A stretch of 64,000 nt of DNA from an uncultured Gemmatimonadales bacterium (GTDB lineage: Bacteria; Gemmatimonadota; Gemmatimonadetes; Gemmatimonadales; Gemmatimonadaceae), in assembly GCA_963793305.1 (NCBI GenBank), contig CAWBZV010000005.1, positions 64,001 to 128,000 on the forward strand, in the 5' to 3' direction. Under the pieces are notes generated by a model. The model ran no database searches, had not been told where the DNA came from, and saw only the letters and a program-made list of their open reading frames with translations. This document shows, piece by piece, positions 8,489 to 18,428 of the stretch. Positions within the stretch are counted from its first letter, which is position 1; every line of letters begins with the position of its first letter. The translations under genes were made by a program, and so were the position numbers.

Positions 8489-10960
8489 GTGAATCGCATG
8501 TCGCTCCCGCCCACGCCAACGCCGTCGACGGCGCTGACGCCTACTTCCCCCGAGGGGCAGGCGCTGGCGTCGCTCCAACAATGGGGTCCGCCGATCGAAG
8601 CCCGAGGGGGCGCCGGCGGTGGCGGCGGCGAGAAGAAAACACCCTGGCACCGCTACATCGCGGCCGTGATCCGCTTCAAATGGCTGATCGCGGGGTGTTT
8701 CGTGCTCGGTGTCGGGGCCGGCGTCGCCGCGACCCGCCTGCTCTCTCCGCAGTATGAGGCGCGCGCGACCGTGTTGCTCGCGACTGAGCAGCGCGGCGGT
8801 GGTGGCGCGAACGGGCCGATCTCGTCCGGTCAATTCCTCGAAACGGCCGCGTGGACGGATCTCTTCAAGGCGTACCGCGTCGTCGAGCCGGTCGTCACCA
8901 AGCTCGGTCTCTACATCCATCATGCCGACAAGGACGACGACATCTTCCAGCAGTTCGGGCTGGCCGATCAATATCAGGCCGGCGAGTTCTTTCTGAACGT
9001 CGCGTCGACCGGACGGCAGTATACGCTCACGACGAAGAAAGGCACCGTGCTGGAGCACGGCGCGCCCGGCGACTCGATCGGCCTCCATCTCGGCATGAAG
9101 TGGCAGCCACCGCGCTCGGCGTTCAAGCCCGGGCGCAAGGTCGTGTTCTCCGTGTCCTCGCTGCCCGACGCGGCGAACGGTCTGACCAACCGATCGACGC
9201 TGAATCTCCCGGATATGAGCAACGTGCTCCACATCTCGCTCGACAGCTGGAATCCGAACGAGGCGGCGAACACGCTGAATACATGGCTGGATCAGTTTCT
9301 CGCCGTCGCCGCCGAGTTGAAAAAGCAGAAGAACACGCAACTCACCGCGACGATCGGCGACCAGTTGAGCATCGCGCGCGACCGACTCGCCCGCGCCGAG
9401 AAGAACCTGCAGGCGTTCCAGGAAGCGAGCATCAGGGCGAGCGCCTCGGCACCCACGACGAACGTGCCAACGGGCACGCCCGGATCCATCGGGGCGGTGA
9501 CGGGCGATCCCGCGGTCTCAACCTATCTCGCGCTCAAGGTCGAGCACGACAATCTGAGTCACGACATTCAGGCCGCGCAGACGGTCCTGACCGACATGAG
9601 CATTGGCAAAGCGTCGCCCGACGGGCTGCTGGGCATCCCGTCGCTCATGGTCGGCGCCGACAACCTGCGCTCGGCGATCAACGACTACAACACCAAAGCG
9701 GCCGAGCTCCGCAACCTCCAGCAGACGTACACCGACAACTACAAGGGCGTCATCGACGCCAAGCGCATCGTCGACAACTCCTACACGGTGACGATCCCGC
9801 AGCTCGCGAATCAGTCGCTCCAGCGCCTGCGCGCGCAGGATGCGATCTACGTCAAGCAGCTCGGCGAGAGCGAGCGGGTCGTCCAGGACGTGCCCGCCCG
9901 GACGATCGACCTCATGCGCCTCCAACGCGAGGTGACATCGGCCGGCGAGTTGTTCACGAGCCTCAACAAGGCGTACGAGGACTCACGGCTGGCGGAAGCG
10001 AGCACGATCCCCGATATCGAGATCGTCGACCGCGCCGGCGTTCCGGAGGCGCCATCGCGCAACACCGCGCCGCGGGTCCTCATGATGGCCGTGTTCGGCG
10101 GACTGGGCGCGGGCCTCATGCTGGCGTTGCTGCTGGACCGGCTCGACCAGCGATTCCGCCATCCGGAGCAGGCGTCCGATGAGCTCGGGCTCCCCATCAT
10201 TGGCACCGTGCCGAGTCTGCCGACACCGAAGCAGCGCAAGGCCGATCCGGAGATCAGCGCGCAAGTCATCGAGGCGTTCCGAACGATTCGGTTGCACATC
10301 AAGGAGATGTTCCCGGCCAATGCACCCGTGCAGTTCACCATCACGAGCCCGGGGGCAGGGGAAGGCAAATCCCTCGTCTCATCCAACCTGGCGATGTCAT
10401 TTGCCGAGAGCGGCCAGCGGACATTGCTCGTCGACGGCGACATTCGGCGTGGACAGCTGCACGAGACGTTCGGCATGCGGCAGTCGCCGGGACTCCTCGA
10501 CTATCTCCTGAATCACTCGGCGCTCGACGAAATCTTGCAGGAGACCGATTACGAAGGGCTGACGCTCGTGACCTGCGGCACGCGCCGGCATCGCGGGCCC
10601 GAGCTGCTGCAGTCGAATGCGCTCGAGGCGTTCATGTCAGCCGTGCGGCCGTTCTTCGACGTGATCATCGTCGACTCGCCACCACTCGGCGCCGGCATCG
10701 ATCCGTTTGCGCTGGCGAAGGCCACCGGCGCGCTGGTCGTCGTGCTCCGCGTCGGGCGCAGCGATATCAAGATGGCGCAGGCGCGGCTCCAGGCGATGGA
10801 CCGCTTCGTTCCCGTGCGTCACCTGGGATCCATCTTGAACGACGTGCGCGCCGGCGGGGCGTATCGCTACTACTCGTACCTCTACGGGTATCGCCTCGAC
10901 GAGGGCGAGCTCCGCGCGCAAGTCCCCTCGCAGGTGGGTGGCCTGATCGGGAGAAAGTAA
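8489..10960 (+). CDS. Polysaccharide co-polymerase / tyrosine autokinase (Wzc/GumC family)
   Basis: Two TM segments flank a long coiled-coil periplasmic region. EAFRTIR, Walker A GAGEGKS, LLVDGDIRR, IIVDSPP and C-terminal Tyr cluster YRYYSYLYGY. Confidence 0.93.
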   Translation: MNRMSLPPTPTPSTALTPTSPEGQALASLQQWGPPIEARGGAGGGGGEKKTPWHRYIAAVIRFKWLIAGCFVLGVGAGVAATRLLSPQYEARATVLLATEQRGGGGANGPISSGQFLETAAWTDLFKAYRVVEPVVTKLGLYIHHADKDDDIFQQFGLADQYQAGEFFLNVASTGRQYTLTTKKGTVLEHGAPGDSIGLHLGMKWQPPRSAFKPGRKVVFSVSSLPDAANGLTNRSTLNLPDMSNVLHISLDSWNPNEAANTLNTWLDQFLAVAAELKKQKNTQLTATIGDQLSIARDRLARAEKNLQAFQEASIRASASAPTTNVPTGTPGSIGAVTGDPAVSTYLALKVEHDNLSHDIQAAQTVLTDMSIGKASPDGLLGIPSLMVGADNLRSAINDYNTKAAELRNLQQTYTDNYKGVIDAKRIVDNSYTVTIPQLANQSLQRLRAQDAIYVKQLGESERVVQDVPARTIDLMRLQREVTSAGELFTSLNKAYEDSRLAEASTIPDIEIVDRAGVPEAPSRNTAPRVLMMAVFGGLGAGLMLALLLDRLDQRFRHPEQASDELGLPIIGTVPSLPTPKQRKADPEISAQVIEAFRTIRLHIKEMFPANAPVQFTITSPGAGEGKSLVSSNLAMSFAESGQRTLLVDGDIRRGQLHETFGMRQSPGLLDYLLNHSALDEILQETDYEGLTLVTCGTRRHRGPELLQSNALEAFMSAVRPFFDVIIVDSPPLGAGIDPFALAKATGALVVVLRVGRSDIKMAQARLQAMDRFVPVRHLGSILNDVRAGGAYRYYSYLYGYRLDEGELRAQVPSQVGGLIGRK

Positions 10961-12241
10961 CTAGCTGACCTTGCGGGTTTTCTTCCTCAAGAAGTCCATG
11001 AGGATGAACTGCCCCAGTGTCATGGTATTCGTGAAGTACGCCTTGCCACGAGAGATCTCGGAGACTCGCTTCACGAATTCCACCAAGGCGCGGTCACGGG
11101 CCAGCATGAACGTATTGATCATGATGCCGGCCCGTTTGCACATCGCCACTTCTTTGAGCGTGTGCTGAATGACCGTTGCATCGAGCCCCATCGAGTTCTT
11201 GTAGATCTGCCCGTTGGGCATCGTCAGCGCGCTCGGCTTCCCGTCAGTGATCATGACGATCTGCCGCATGTCCTTCTTCTGCGCCAGCAGCAGACGCCGA
11301 GCGAGCTTGAACCCCTCGGCCGTATTCGTGTGATACGGTCCCACCTGCGCGTGGGCGAGCCGGGCTAGTGGAATTTCCTCGGCCGAGTCATGAAAGAGAA
11401 TGACTTTGATCGAATCGCCCGGATACTGCGTCCTGATCAGATGGGTCAACGCCAACGCCACTTTCTTGGCGGGCGTAAACCGATCCTCGCCGTACAGAAT
11501 CATCGAGTGCGACGTATCGAGCATGAGCACCGTCGCGCACGATGACCGATACTCGGCCTGCCGCACCATGAGGTCGCCGTAATCGAGATCCATCGGGACC
11601 TCGATCTTGCCCGTCCGCGCCAGCGCGTGCTTCAACGTTTCGTTGACGTCGAGATTCAACACATCGCCGAACTCGTAGGGCTTGCTGAACCCATCGGCCT
11701 CGATCCCGGTCGCCAGATACGGCGTCTCGTGGCTCCCGAAGCTCGACTTGCCCAACGAGCCCAAAATGCCCCGCAGTGTCTTGTAACCCAGAAAGTCGAT
11801 GCCTTTCTCGGTGAGATTGAATTGGACATCTTTTGAGGCCGCGTGGGCTAACCCGCCTTTCCCCGTGACGGGCTGCTGCGTGCCCGGCATCTGCGGGGGG
11901 GCGTCGATGCGCAGAAATCCCTCGGCCGCGAGCCGCTGCACCAGCTGATCGAGCAGTTGCGCGAGCTTCGCCTGCGATTCCTCGTCCCCGTCGCCGCGCA
12001 GGGCCTCCAGCATTTCCGGCGTGAACTGGCCGCTCTCGACCAGCGCGTCGAGGATCGCCTCGCGCAGCGCGTCCATCGACCGGTCGGCCTCTTCCCCGAA
12101 GTCGCCCCAGTAGGGACTCGACTGCTTTCCGCCGGCGAACCCTGATTGCAGAAGAAAATCCGCGAGCTTGTCGAGCAACGCCTGGAGATCAATGGCGTCG
12201 GCGGACTCTGGGCTGAACTTTTGGTAGGTATGAAATCTCAC
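10961..12241 (-). CDS. VWA domain-containing protein (chelatase/MoxR-partner type)
   Basis: MIDAS motif LMLDTSHSM, plus TNT, ITDGKP and [12 protein letters not shown]; resembles the partners of ChlI-like AAA+ ATPases. Confidence 0.88.
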   Translation of the reverse strand: MRFHTYQKFSPESADAIDLQALLDKLADFLLQSGFAGGKQSSPYWGDFGEEADRSMDALREAILDALVESGQFTPEMLEALRGDGDEESQAKLAQLLDQLVQRLAAEGFLRIDAPPQMPGTQQPVTGKGGLAHAASKDVQFNLTEKGIDFLGYKTLRGILGSLGKSSFGSHETPYLATGIEADGFSKPYEFGDVLNLDVNETLKHALARTGKIEVPMDLDYGDLMVRQAEYRSSCATVLMLDTSHSMILYGEDRFTPAKKVALALTHLIRTQYPGDSIKVILFHDSAEEIPLARLAHAQVGPYHTNTAEGFKLARRLLLAQKKDMRQIVMITDGKPSALTMPNGQIYKNSMGLDATVIQHTLKEVAMCKRAGIMINTFMLARDRALVEFVKRVSEISRGKAYFTNTMTLGQFILMDFLRKKTRKVS

Positions 12242-12257
12242 CTGATCCCCCTGGCGC

Positions 12258-12319
12258 CGTTCGCTTCGCTCCGGCGCATTGACCCTGCTCGACCGTAGTG
12301 CACGCGAGCGCAGCGAGCG
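12258..12319. repeat. Imperfect 14-bp inverted repeat (REP-like CGCTTCGCTC / GAGCGCAGCG unit) in a divergent intergenic region
   Basis: CGTTCGCTTCGCTC (12258-12271) vs GAGCGCAGCGAGCG (12306-12319), 12/14 complementary. I saw only one copy. Confidence 0.4.
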
Positions 12320-12344
12320 TTCCTACGAATATAATCATGGGAGC

Positions 12345-13571
12345 ATGCCCACGACCGCCCGATCCCTGAATCCGTTCCGAACGCTGATACAGCACCGGAA
12401 CTTCCGGATCTTCTGGATCGGCCAGACGGTGTCACTGATGGGCACCTGGATGCAGACGATGGCCCAGGGTTGGCTGGCACTCCAGCTGTCCAATAGCGCG
12501 TTCATCGTCGGCCTGGTCAGCGCCATCGGATCCCTGCCGATTCTCGCGCTGTCGCTCCCCGCCGGAGTGGTCACTGACCGCGTCAATAAGCTGACGCTCG
12601 TGACCATCTGCCAGGCCTGCCTCCTGGTCGAGGCAGCCGCGCTCTGGGCATTCACGGCCACGAACCGGATCACGATCCCCTTACTGCTCGGCCTCGCCGC
12701 CTTCAACGGCATCGCGAGCGCATTCGAGATCCCCGCGCGCCAATCGCTCATGATCGAGCTCGTCGGCCGCGACGACCTCCACGACGCGATCGCGCTCAAC
12801 TCGAGCGGATTCAACCTCGCCCGCATCATCGGCCCCGCCATCGGCGCGGCCGTGCTCGCGACGTTCGGCCTCTCCTGGTGCTTCCTGCTCAACGCGATCA
12901 GCTACCTCGCCGTACTCGCGGGTCTCTTCTTGATCCGGCTTCCGCCCTGGATCGCCGCACCCCACGCGTCGCCGCTCGACGGCCTCCTCGAAGGCCTGCG
13001 CTACATGGCGAAGACCCCCGAGGTCTCGGCCCTCATGCGCATGGTCACCATCTACTCGATCTGCGGCATCCCATATCTCACATTGATGCCGGTGGTCGCC
13101 CGCGACCTCCTGCACGCCGGCGCCGGCGGCTACGGCGTGCTGTTGGCGTGCGTTGGAATCGGCGGTCTGGCCGGTGCGCTCTTTCTCGCTGCCGCGAGCG
13201 GCCGCTTCCGGCGCGGTCGCTTGATGGCGTTGTCCACATACGGCTTTGCGTTGTTGTTGATCGCTTTCTCGCTCTCGCGCTCGGAATGGCTGTCTCGCGC
13301 CTTGCTCTTGGGCTGCGGCTTCATGATGATCCTGAACGGAGCCCTCGCGAACGGTCTGTTGCAGTCCCTCGTGCCCGATGCGCTGCGAGGGCGCCTCATG
13401 GCTGCGTACTCACTCATCGCGGTCGGCGTGGCACAGGTGGTCGGCTCGTTCGTCGCAGGCACCGTCGCCAACGCGGTGGGCGTCGATTGGGCGATCGGCG
13501 GCGCCGCGGCCGTCATGCTGGCGTACGCGTACTACGCCTTTTCCAAATCGCCCGAGATTCGCCGGTTATAA
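12345..13571 (+). CDS. MFS transporter (DHA3 / MFS_3-like)
   Basis: About 12 TM helices; RNFRIFWIGQTVSLMGTWMQ, GVVTDRVNK, PARQS, NLARIIGPAIG, PDALRGR. TATAAT at 12330-12335 precedes ATG 12345. Confidence 0.92.
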   Translation: MPTTARSLNPFRTLIQHRNFRIFWIGQTVSLMGTWMQTMAQGWLALQLSNSAFIVGLVSAIGSLPILALSLPAGVVTDRVNKLTLVTICQACLLVEAAALWAFTATNRITIPLLLGLAAFNGIASAFEIPARQSLMIELVGRDDLHDAIALNSSGFNLARIIGPAIGAAVLATFGLSWCFLLNAISYLAVLAGLFLIRLPPWIAAPHASPLDGLLEGLRYMAKTPEVSALMRMVTIYSICGIPYLTLMPVVARDLLHAGAGGYGVLLACVGIGGLAGALFLAAASGRFRRGRLMALSTYGFALLLIAFSLSRSEWLSRALLLGCGFMMILNGALANGLLQSLVPDALRGRLMAAYSLIAVGVAQVVGSFVAGTVANAVGVDWAIGGAAAVMLAYAYYAFSKSPEIRRL

Positions 13572-14218
13572 GCGGGCGTCAGACGGTCCGGTGTCACCGA
13601 GGGGAACACCAGCCGCGCCGCCCGAGCGATGGTCTGCGCCGAGCCTTCGACGCCGAGCCAATCGGTGTTGATGCAGATGTGATAATTCTCCGGCGCGCGC
13701 CAGTCGCGATCGTAGAATCGCTTCACCGATTGTGCGCGCTGCGCGTTCACCTCGTCGACCCGCTTCTCGGCCTGCGCCTGAGCGAGTCCCTCCCGCGCCA
13801 TGACGCGCTGCACGAGCGCCGGACGGGGTGCGTAGCAGAATACGTGAATCGCATCGGCGCGCTCGGCCAACGTCGCTTGCGCCCCGCGCCCGACGATGAC
13901 GACGGGCCCGCGCGCGACGTACTCCTCGATGACGCGCCGCGTGACCGCGATGAGACGCTCCGTGGCGGGCAGCGCATACTCGCCCGTGACCGGCTGAACC
14001 TCGGGCGTGCTCATCGCCAACGCATCGGTGAGGCGAGCGGCCAACGATGGGACGCGCTCCTCGCGCGCCTGCACTTCATCGACCGGCATGCCCAATCGCG
14101 CCGCGACTTCGTTGACGATCTCGCTGTCGAGCAGCGCCCAGCCGAGCAGCGCGGCGACTCGCGCTGCGACGTCCGACCCCCCGGACCCGAAGAGGCGCGA
14201 GATCGTGATCGTCGGCAT
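13532..14218 (-). CDS. Cytidylate kinase-like family protein
   Basis: ITISRLFGSGG P-loop, VIVGRGAQ, YHICINT. Confidence 0.88.
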   Translation of the reverse strand: MPTITISRLFGSGGSDVAARVAALLGWALLDSEIVNEVAARLGMPVDEVQAREERVPSLAARLTDALAMSTPEVQPVTGEYALPATERLIAVTRRVIEEYVARGPVVIVGRGAQATLAERADAIHVFCYAPRPALVQRVMAREGLAQAQAEKRVDEVNAQRAQSVKRFYDRDWRAPENYHICINTDWLGVEGSAQTIARAARLVFPSVTPDRLTPAYNRRISGDLEKA

Positions 14219-14225
14219 CGGGCCG

Positions 14226-14732
14226 CTAGCGATCGACTGGTCGAACGCGCAGATGCTCGACGATCTCGAACCCCAGGGCATCCCACGCCCGGTTGGCTGC
14301 CTCGCCATCGGCGACGCTGTGCAACCGGAACTCGTCGAGCCCCACACTCCGGGCCCACGCCTCGGCGCGCTCCAGCAGCGCGCGCAGCACGCCACGGCGG
14401 CGCACCGATGGATCGACGTAGACCGATGACACGTACGCATACTGCTCGGGCGAGAGCAGGGGCGACCCGCTCGACTCCACGCATCGCAAGATCCCGACGA
14501 TCGCCCCATCCCGCTCGGCGAGCAACGTGATCTCGCCGGGCGAGTCGAGCTGTCGGGCGAACAACCGCCGGGCCCGCGCCGTCACGTCGCTCGCCAGCCG
14601 ACGATAGATCGGATTCGAGGCGTGCTCACGGAGCAGCGCCAGCCGAAGCGCGACGACGGCGTCGAGGTCGCGCACCGTCGCCCGTCGGACTGTGACGCTC
14701 GGCGCCGCGGGCTTAGGCGGAGAGGCCGCCAC
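14226..14732 (-). CDS. GNAT family N-acetyltransferase
   Basis: VRRATVRD start, acetyl-CoA motif VYVDPSVRRRGVLRALL, WDALGF. Start approximate (GTG 14732). Confidence 0.88.
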   Translation of the reverse strand: MAASPPKPAAPSVTVRRATVRDLDAVVALRLALLREHASNPIYRRLASDVTARARRLFARQLDSPGEITLLAERDGAIVGILRCVESSGSPLLSPEQYAYVSSVYVDPSVRRRGVLRALLERAEAWARSVGLDEFRLHSVADGEAANRAWDALGFEIVEHLRVRPVDR

Positions 14733-16185
14733 CGAACATATCCTGGCCTGGCCGTCTCCGTTGCTCCTGTACGGCTCTCCCGTACTGACCCGTGTCCGAG
14801 CGCGAGATCTTGCGGCGTGCGACGAGCGCTTCCAATACGAGCTCGCACGCCGCCGTCGCGACCGCCAGATCCCCCCGCGGCGCGAGCGCCGTATCTCTGA
14901 CGACCCGCAAAAGCCCCGGCACCGTCTCGAAGCCCTTGTGCACGGCGTCGGTCGAGACATTGTCCGACACCTGCAACGCGCCGCCGGAGTCGAACCACAT
15001 CACGATCTCGTCGGTATTGACGTTCCCCGCTCGTTCTTTGAACGTCGCGTCCGACGCGCGACGAATCAGCTCTCGCGCGATAGCCTGTCCGCCAATCAGT
15101 TCACCCTCATACTCCAGCTCGATCTTACCGGTAATTGCTGGCAGAGCCGCGTAGATATCGGCGATCCGCGGCACGATCTCTGATTCACCCATTTCGAGGG
15201 CGCGACGTTCGGCGTTCGATACGACGTTCTCGAGTACGGATATCGGCATGCGCTGCGACACACCTGACCGCCGATCGATTCGCTTGTCGACTCTCGCCTC
15301 GAACGCGATGCGCTCGATGACCTCGGCGATAAAATCAGGGACCCTGACTCTGATGCCTCGATCGACCCACGCTTCCTGCTGCGTAATCTCCATGCCGAGT
15401 CCGACCGTCTCGGGGTAGTGCGTAACAATCTCACTCCCAATACGGTCTTTGAGCGGCGTGATAATCTTTCCGCGCGCGGTATAGTCTTCGGGGTTTGCTG
15501 TGAAGCACAGCTCAACATCCAGCGGGAGGCGAACCGGATATCCCTTTATCTGGACATCCCCTTCTTGCATGATGTTGAACAGTCCGACTTGGACCTTTCC
15601 GGCGAGATCCGGCAATTCATTGAGCGCGAAAATGCCGCGATTCGCGCGAGGCAACATGCCGTAGTGAATGGTCAACTCGTCGGAGAGTAAGTGACCACCG
15701 CGCGCGGCCTTGATCGGATCGACATCGCCAATGATATCCGCGATCGTCACGTCAGGCGTCGCGAGCTTCTCGATGTAACGCGCCGTCCGGTCCAGCCAGA
15801 CGATCGGGGTGTCATCACCCGCCTCGGCGAGGAGGGTGCGCCCATATTTCGAAATCGGCGCGAACGGATTGTCGTTCACCTCGCTCCCGGCGATGATCGG
15901 CAGCGCGTCATCGAGCAGCGAGGTGAGGGCTCGGAGAATGCGCGATTTGGCCTGGCCGCGGAGACCGAGCAAAATAAAGTTGTGACGCGAGAGGATCGCG
16001 TTGACCATCTGCGGCATGACGGTCTCTTCATACCCAATGACGCCGGGAAACAGCGGCCCGCCGCACGCGAGCCGGGCGAGCAGGTTCGCCCGGAGCTCAT
16101 CCTTGACCGACCGCAGCGCCCGTTCGGGGGCGCCGAAGGGCGATGCTTTCAGTGCGCCGAGCGTTTCAGGCAGTGGCGACGACAA
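14713..16185 (-). CDS. ChlI/MoxR-like AAA+ ATPase (often annotated magnesium chelatase)
   Basis: Walker A variant GLRGQAKS, PRANRGIFALNELPDL, TANPEDYTARGKIITPLKDR. TTG 16185 is preceded by GGAG. Confidence 0.88.
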   Translation of the reverse strand: MSSPLPETLGALKASPFGAPERALRSVKDELRANLLARLACGGPLFPGVIGYEETVMPQMVNAILSRHNFILLGLRGQAKSRILRALTSLLDDALPIIAGSEVNDNPFAPISKYGRTLLAEAGDDTPIVWLDRTARYIEKLATPDVTIADIIGDVDPIKAARGGHLLSDELTIHYGMLPRANRGIFALNELPDLAGKVQVGLFNIMQEGDVQIKGYPVRLPLDVELCFTANPEDYTARGKIITPLKDRIGSEIVTHYPETVGLGMEITQQEAWVDRGIRVRVPDFIAEVIERIAFEARVDKRIDRRSGVSQRMPISVLENVVSNAERRALEMGESEIVPRIADIYAALPAITGKIELEYEGELIGGQAIARELIRRASDATFKERAGNVNTDEIVMWFDSGGALQVSDNVSTDAVHKGFETVPGLLRVVRDTALAPRGDLAVATAACELVLEALVARRKISRSDTGQYGRAVQEQRRRPGQDMFGGGLSA

Positions 16186-16186
16186 A

Positions 16187-18262
16187 TCAACTCTCCACGA
16201 ATGCGTGTGACACCTCGACGAGGTTGTCGTAGAATACCGGTGCGTGGCCGAGGTCCGTTTCGAGCTGGGACGTTGTCGCGTTCGGATTCTGCCCGTCAGG
16301 TGTGAACTTGCCCCACCAGATCGACGGCGCCCAGACGACGCCCGGTCGCAAAGAGTCCACGACACGCGCGGTCGCGATGAACTGTCCCCGATCGTTGTGA
16401 ATGGTCACTCGGTCACCGTCGGTGATACCCCGCTGCTCGGCGTCCGATACATGCAAATGACACTCCGGCTCCGCGCCCCGGCGCAATGATGGCACATTGA
16501 CGAATGTGGAATTCAAAAACTGGTGCCGTGGCGACGAAATCAGTGTCAGCGGATACCGCGCCGCGAGCTCCGGGGCTTCTTCCAGCGACTCGCGCGGTGG
16601 CGTGTAGGTAGGCACCGGATCGAGTCCGAGTTCCGCGAGCCGCTCCGAGTATAGTTCGCACTTCCCACTGGGGGTCAAAAAGCCTCCCTGGGCGAACGGG
16701 AGATAGGGCCTTGGCACGTTGAGCCGTGCCCAGCCCTGTTCCATGAGCGTCTCCAGCGTCACCCCACCCATCCGCTGGTGATTGGTTGCCAGCGCCTGAC
16801 GGATCAACGTGAGATCGTCATCGGCGAGCGATGGGTGCGTCATTCCCATCCGGGCCGCGATCAGCCGGAAAATCTCGCTGTTCGGCTTGCTCTCCCCGAT
16901 CGGCTCGATCGCCGGACGATTGAGCGTCGCGTAGAAATGTCCGTACGCGAGGTGCACGTCCCAGTGCTCCAGCTGCGTCGTCGCCGGCAGGACGATGTCT
17001 GCGTAGTCCGCGGTGTCGGTTTGGAAGTGCTCCAATACCACCGTGAACAAATCCTCTCGCTTGAGGCCCGCCAACACCGAATTGCGATCGGGCGCAACTG
17101 ACGCTGGATTCGAGTTATACACGATCAGCGCACGCACCGGTGGTCCACCGACGCTGGCATTGGGCTTGGTCAGTGCGTCGCCCAGGCGGATCATGTTGAT
17201 CGTGCGGACAGGTGGCGACAGATCCGGCCTCTCCAATGCTTCGCGGTTGAACTTGAACGCCGCGCTCGTCGACAGCTGCACGCCGCCACCCGGCCGTCTC
17301 CAGTGTCCGGTGATGGCCGGCAGGCAAGCAATGGTTCGCACGGCCATGCCACCTCCCGCGTGCCGCTGTAACCCGTAATTCACCCGAATGAACGCCGCCT
17401 TGGCCTTCCCGTATCTCGCTCCCAGGTCTTGGATGGCCTGTGGTTCCAAGCCAGTGATGGCCGCTACTCGGTCGGGTGGATACAGCTGTGCGCGTTCGCG
17501 AAGCGAAGTACTCCCGATGGTATAACGCTCGAGGTAGTCCCGATCCTCTAATCCCTGGGCAAAGACGACATGCATGATGCCGAGCGCCAACGCAGCGTCT
17601 GTACCTGGCCGAATCGCAAGCCACTCATCGCTTTGCGCAGCAGTCCGGGTGCGTAACGGATCAATGCAGATCACCTGCGCCCCGCGCCGCTTGGCCTCCA
17701 GCACGAACGGCCACATGTGCGGATTCGACGTGAGGGTATTCGTTCCCCACAACAAGATGAGATCGCTTTCCGGGATGCCTTCCGCGTCGGCGCCGAGGTT
17801 GGCGCCGACCGTCATGATCATGCCTTGACGCCCGGCTTCGGAGCAGATCGTGCGGTCGAGCTTGGACGCGCCGAGGAGGTGAAAGAATCGATGGTCCATC
17901 GAGCCGCCCTGCACGAGTCCCATAGTGCCCGCATATGAATACGGCAGTATGGCTTGCGGTCCATCGCTCGATTGGGCGATTGCGCCGAGCCGAGTAGCGA
18001 TCTCGTCTAGTGCGTCATCCCACGAGATGGGGACGAATTGCCCGCGACCTTTGTGACCATGCCGCCGGAGAGGCGTTTTCAGGCGGTCAAGATGATACGT
18101 ACGCTCCACGTACCGATTCACCTTGGCACATAAGAAACCCTGGGTGAACGGGTGATTGGGATCGCCGGCGATCGATATGGCCCGGCCGTCTTCGACCGTT
18201 GTCAACGTCGCACAGGTGTCCGGGCAGTCGTGGGGGCACGCGCCGCGAACGATCGTGGTCAT
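16187..18262 (-). CDS. Molybdopterin (bis-MGD) oxidoreductase, DMSO reductase/MopB superfamily, cytoplasmic
   Basis: N-terminal 4Fe-4S motif CPHDCPDTC...C, LWGTN, IRPGTDAALA, YADIVLPA, C-terminal MopB_CT (FLNSTF, NDRG). No Tat signal. Confidence 0.93.
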   Translation of the reverse strand: MTTIVRGACPHDCPDTCATLTTVEDGRAISIAGDPNHPFTQGFLCAKVNRYVERTYHLDRLKTPLRRHGHKGRGQFVPISWDDALDEIATRLGAIAQSSDGPQAILPYSYAGTMGLVQGGSMDHRFFHLLGASKLDRTICSEAGRQGMIMTVGANLGADAEGIPESDLILLWGTNTLTSNPHMWPFVLEAKRRGAQVICIDPLRTRTAAQSDEWLAIRPGTDAALALGIMHVVFAQGLEDRDYLERYTIGSTSLRERAQLYPPDRVAAITGLEPQAIQDLGARYGKAKAAFIRVNYGLQRHAGGGMAVRTIACLPAITGHWRRPGGGVQLSTSAAFKFNREALERPDLSPPVRTINMIRLGDALTKPNASVGGPPVRALIVYNSNPASVAPDRNSVLAGLKREDLFTVVLEHFQTDTADYADIVLPATTQLEHWDVHLAYGHFYATLNRPAIEPIGESKPNSEIFRLIAARMGMTHPSLADDDLTLIRQALATNHQRMGGVTLETLMEQGWARLNVPRPYLPFAQGGFLTPSGKCELYSERLAELGLDPVPTYTPPRESLEEAPELAARYPLTLISSPRHQFLNSTFVNVPSLRRGAEPECHLHVSDAEQRGITDGDRVTIHNDRGQFIATARVVDSLRPGVVWAPSIWWGKFTPDGQNPNATTSQLETDLGHAPVFYDNLVEVSHAFVES

Positions 18263-18309
18263 TGTCTCGAAAGTAGCGCGCGGCTGGCACTTGCACTAGC
18301 GGACTGGTC

Positions 18310-18337
18310 TTGACACTGCCTTTGTAGCCAGTAACTT
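18310..18337 (+). promoter_or_regulatory. Putative sigma70 promoter for the small lipoprotein
   Basis: Perfect TTGACA (18310-18315), 16-bp spacer, TAACTT (18332-18337). AGGAG SD at 18416-18420. Confidence 0.55.
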
Positions 18338-18428
18338 CCTGCCGATTCCGAGCGTTTGCTTCAGACGGAATGCGGATGCGTGCACGGCCACGCCCATATT
18401 TCCGACCCCCTGATCAGGAGATTGTGTA

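Noticed and set aside
12878..14530. 550-aa Arg-rich + strand ORF and many similar long alternative-frame ORFs
   Set aside because: Arg/Ala/Pro-rich off-frame translations overlapping well-supported genes, expected from stop-codon scarcity at high GC.
14713..16185. Interpreting the ChlI-like ATPase + VWA as a true Mg-chelatase (photosynthesis) or cobaltochelatase
   Set aside because: No chelatase large subunit or bch/cob pathway genes nearby; the motifs fit the generic AAA+/VWA pair.
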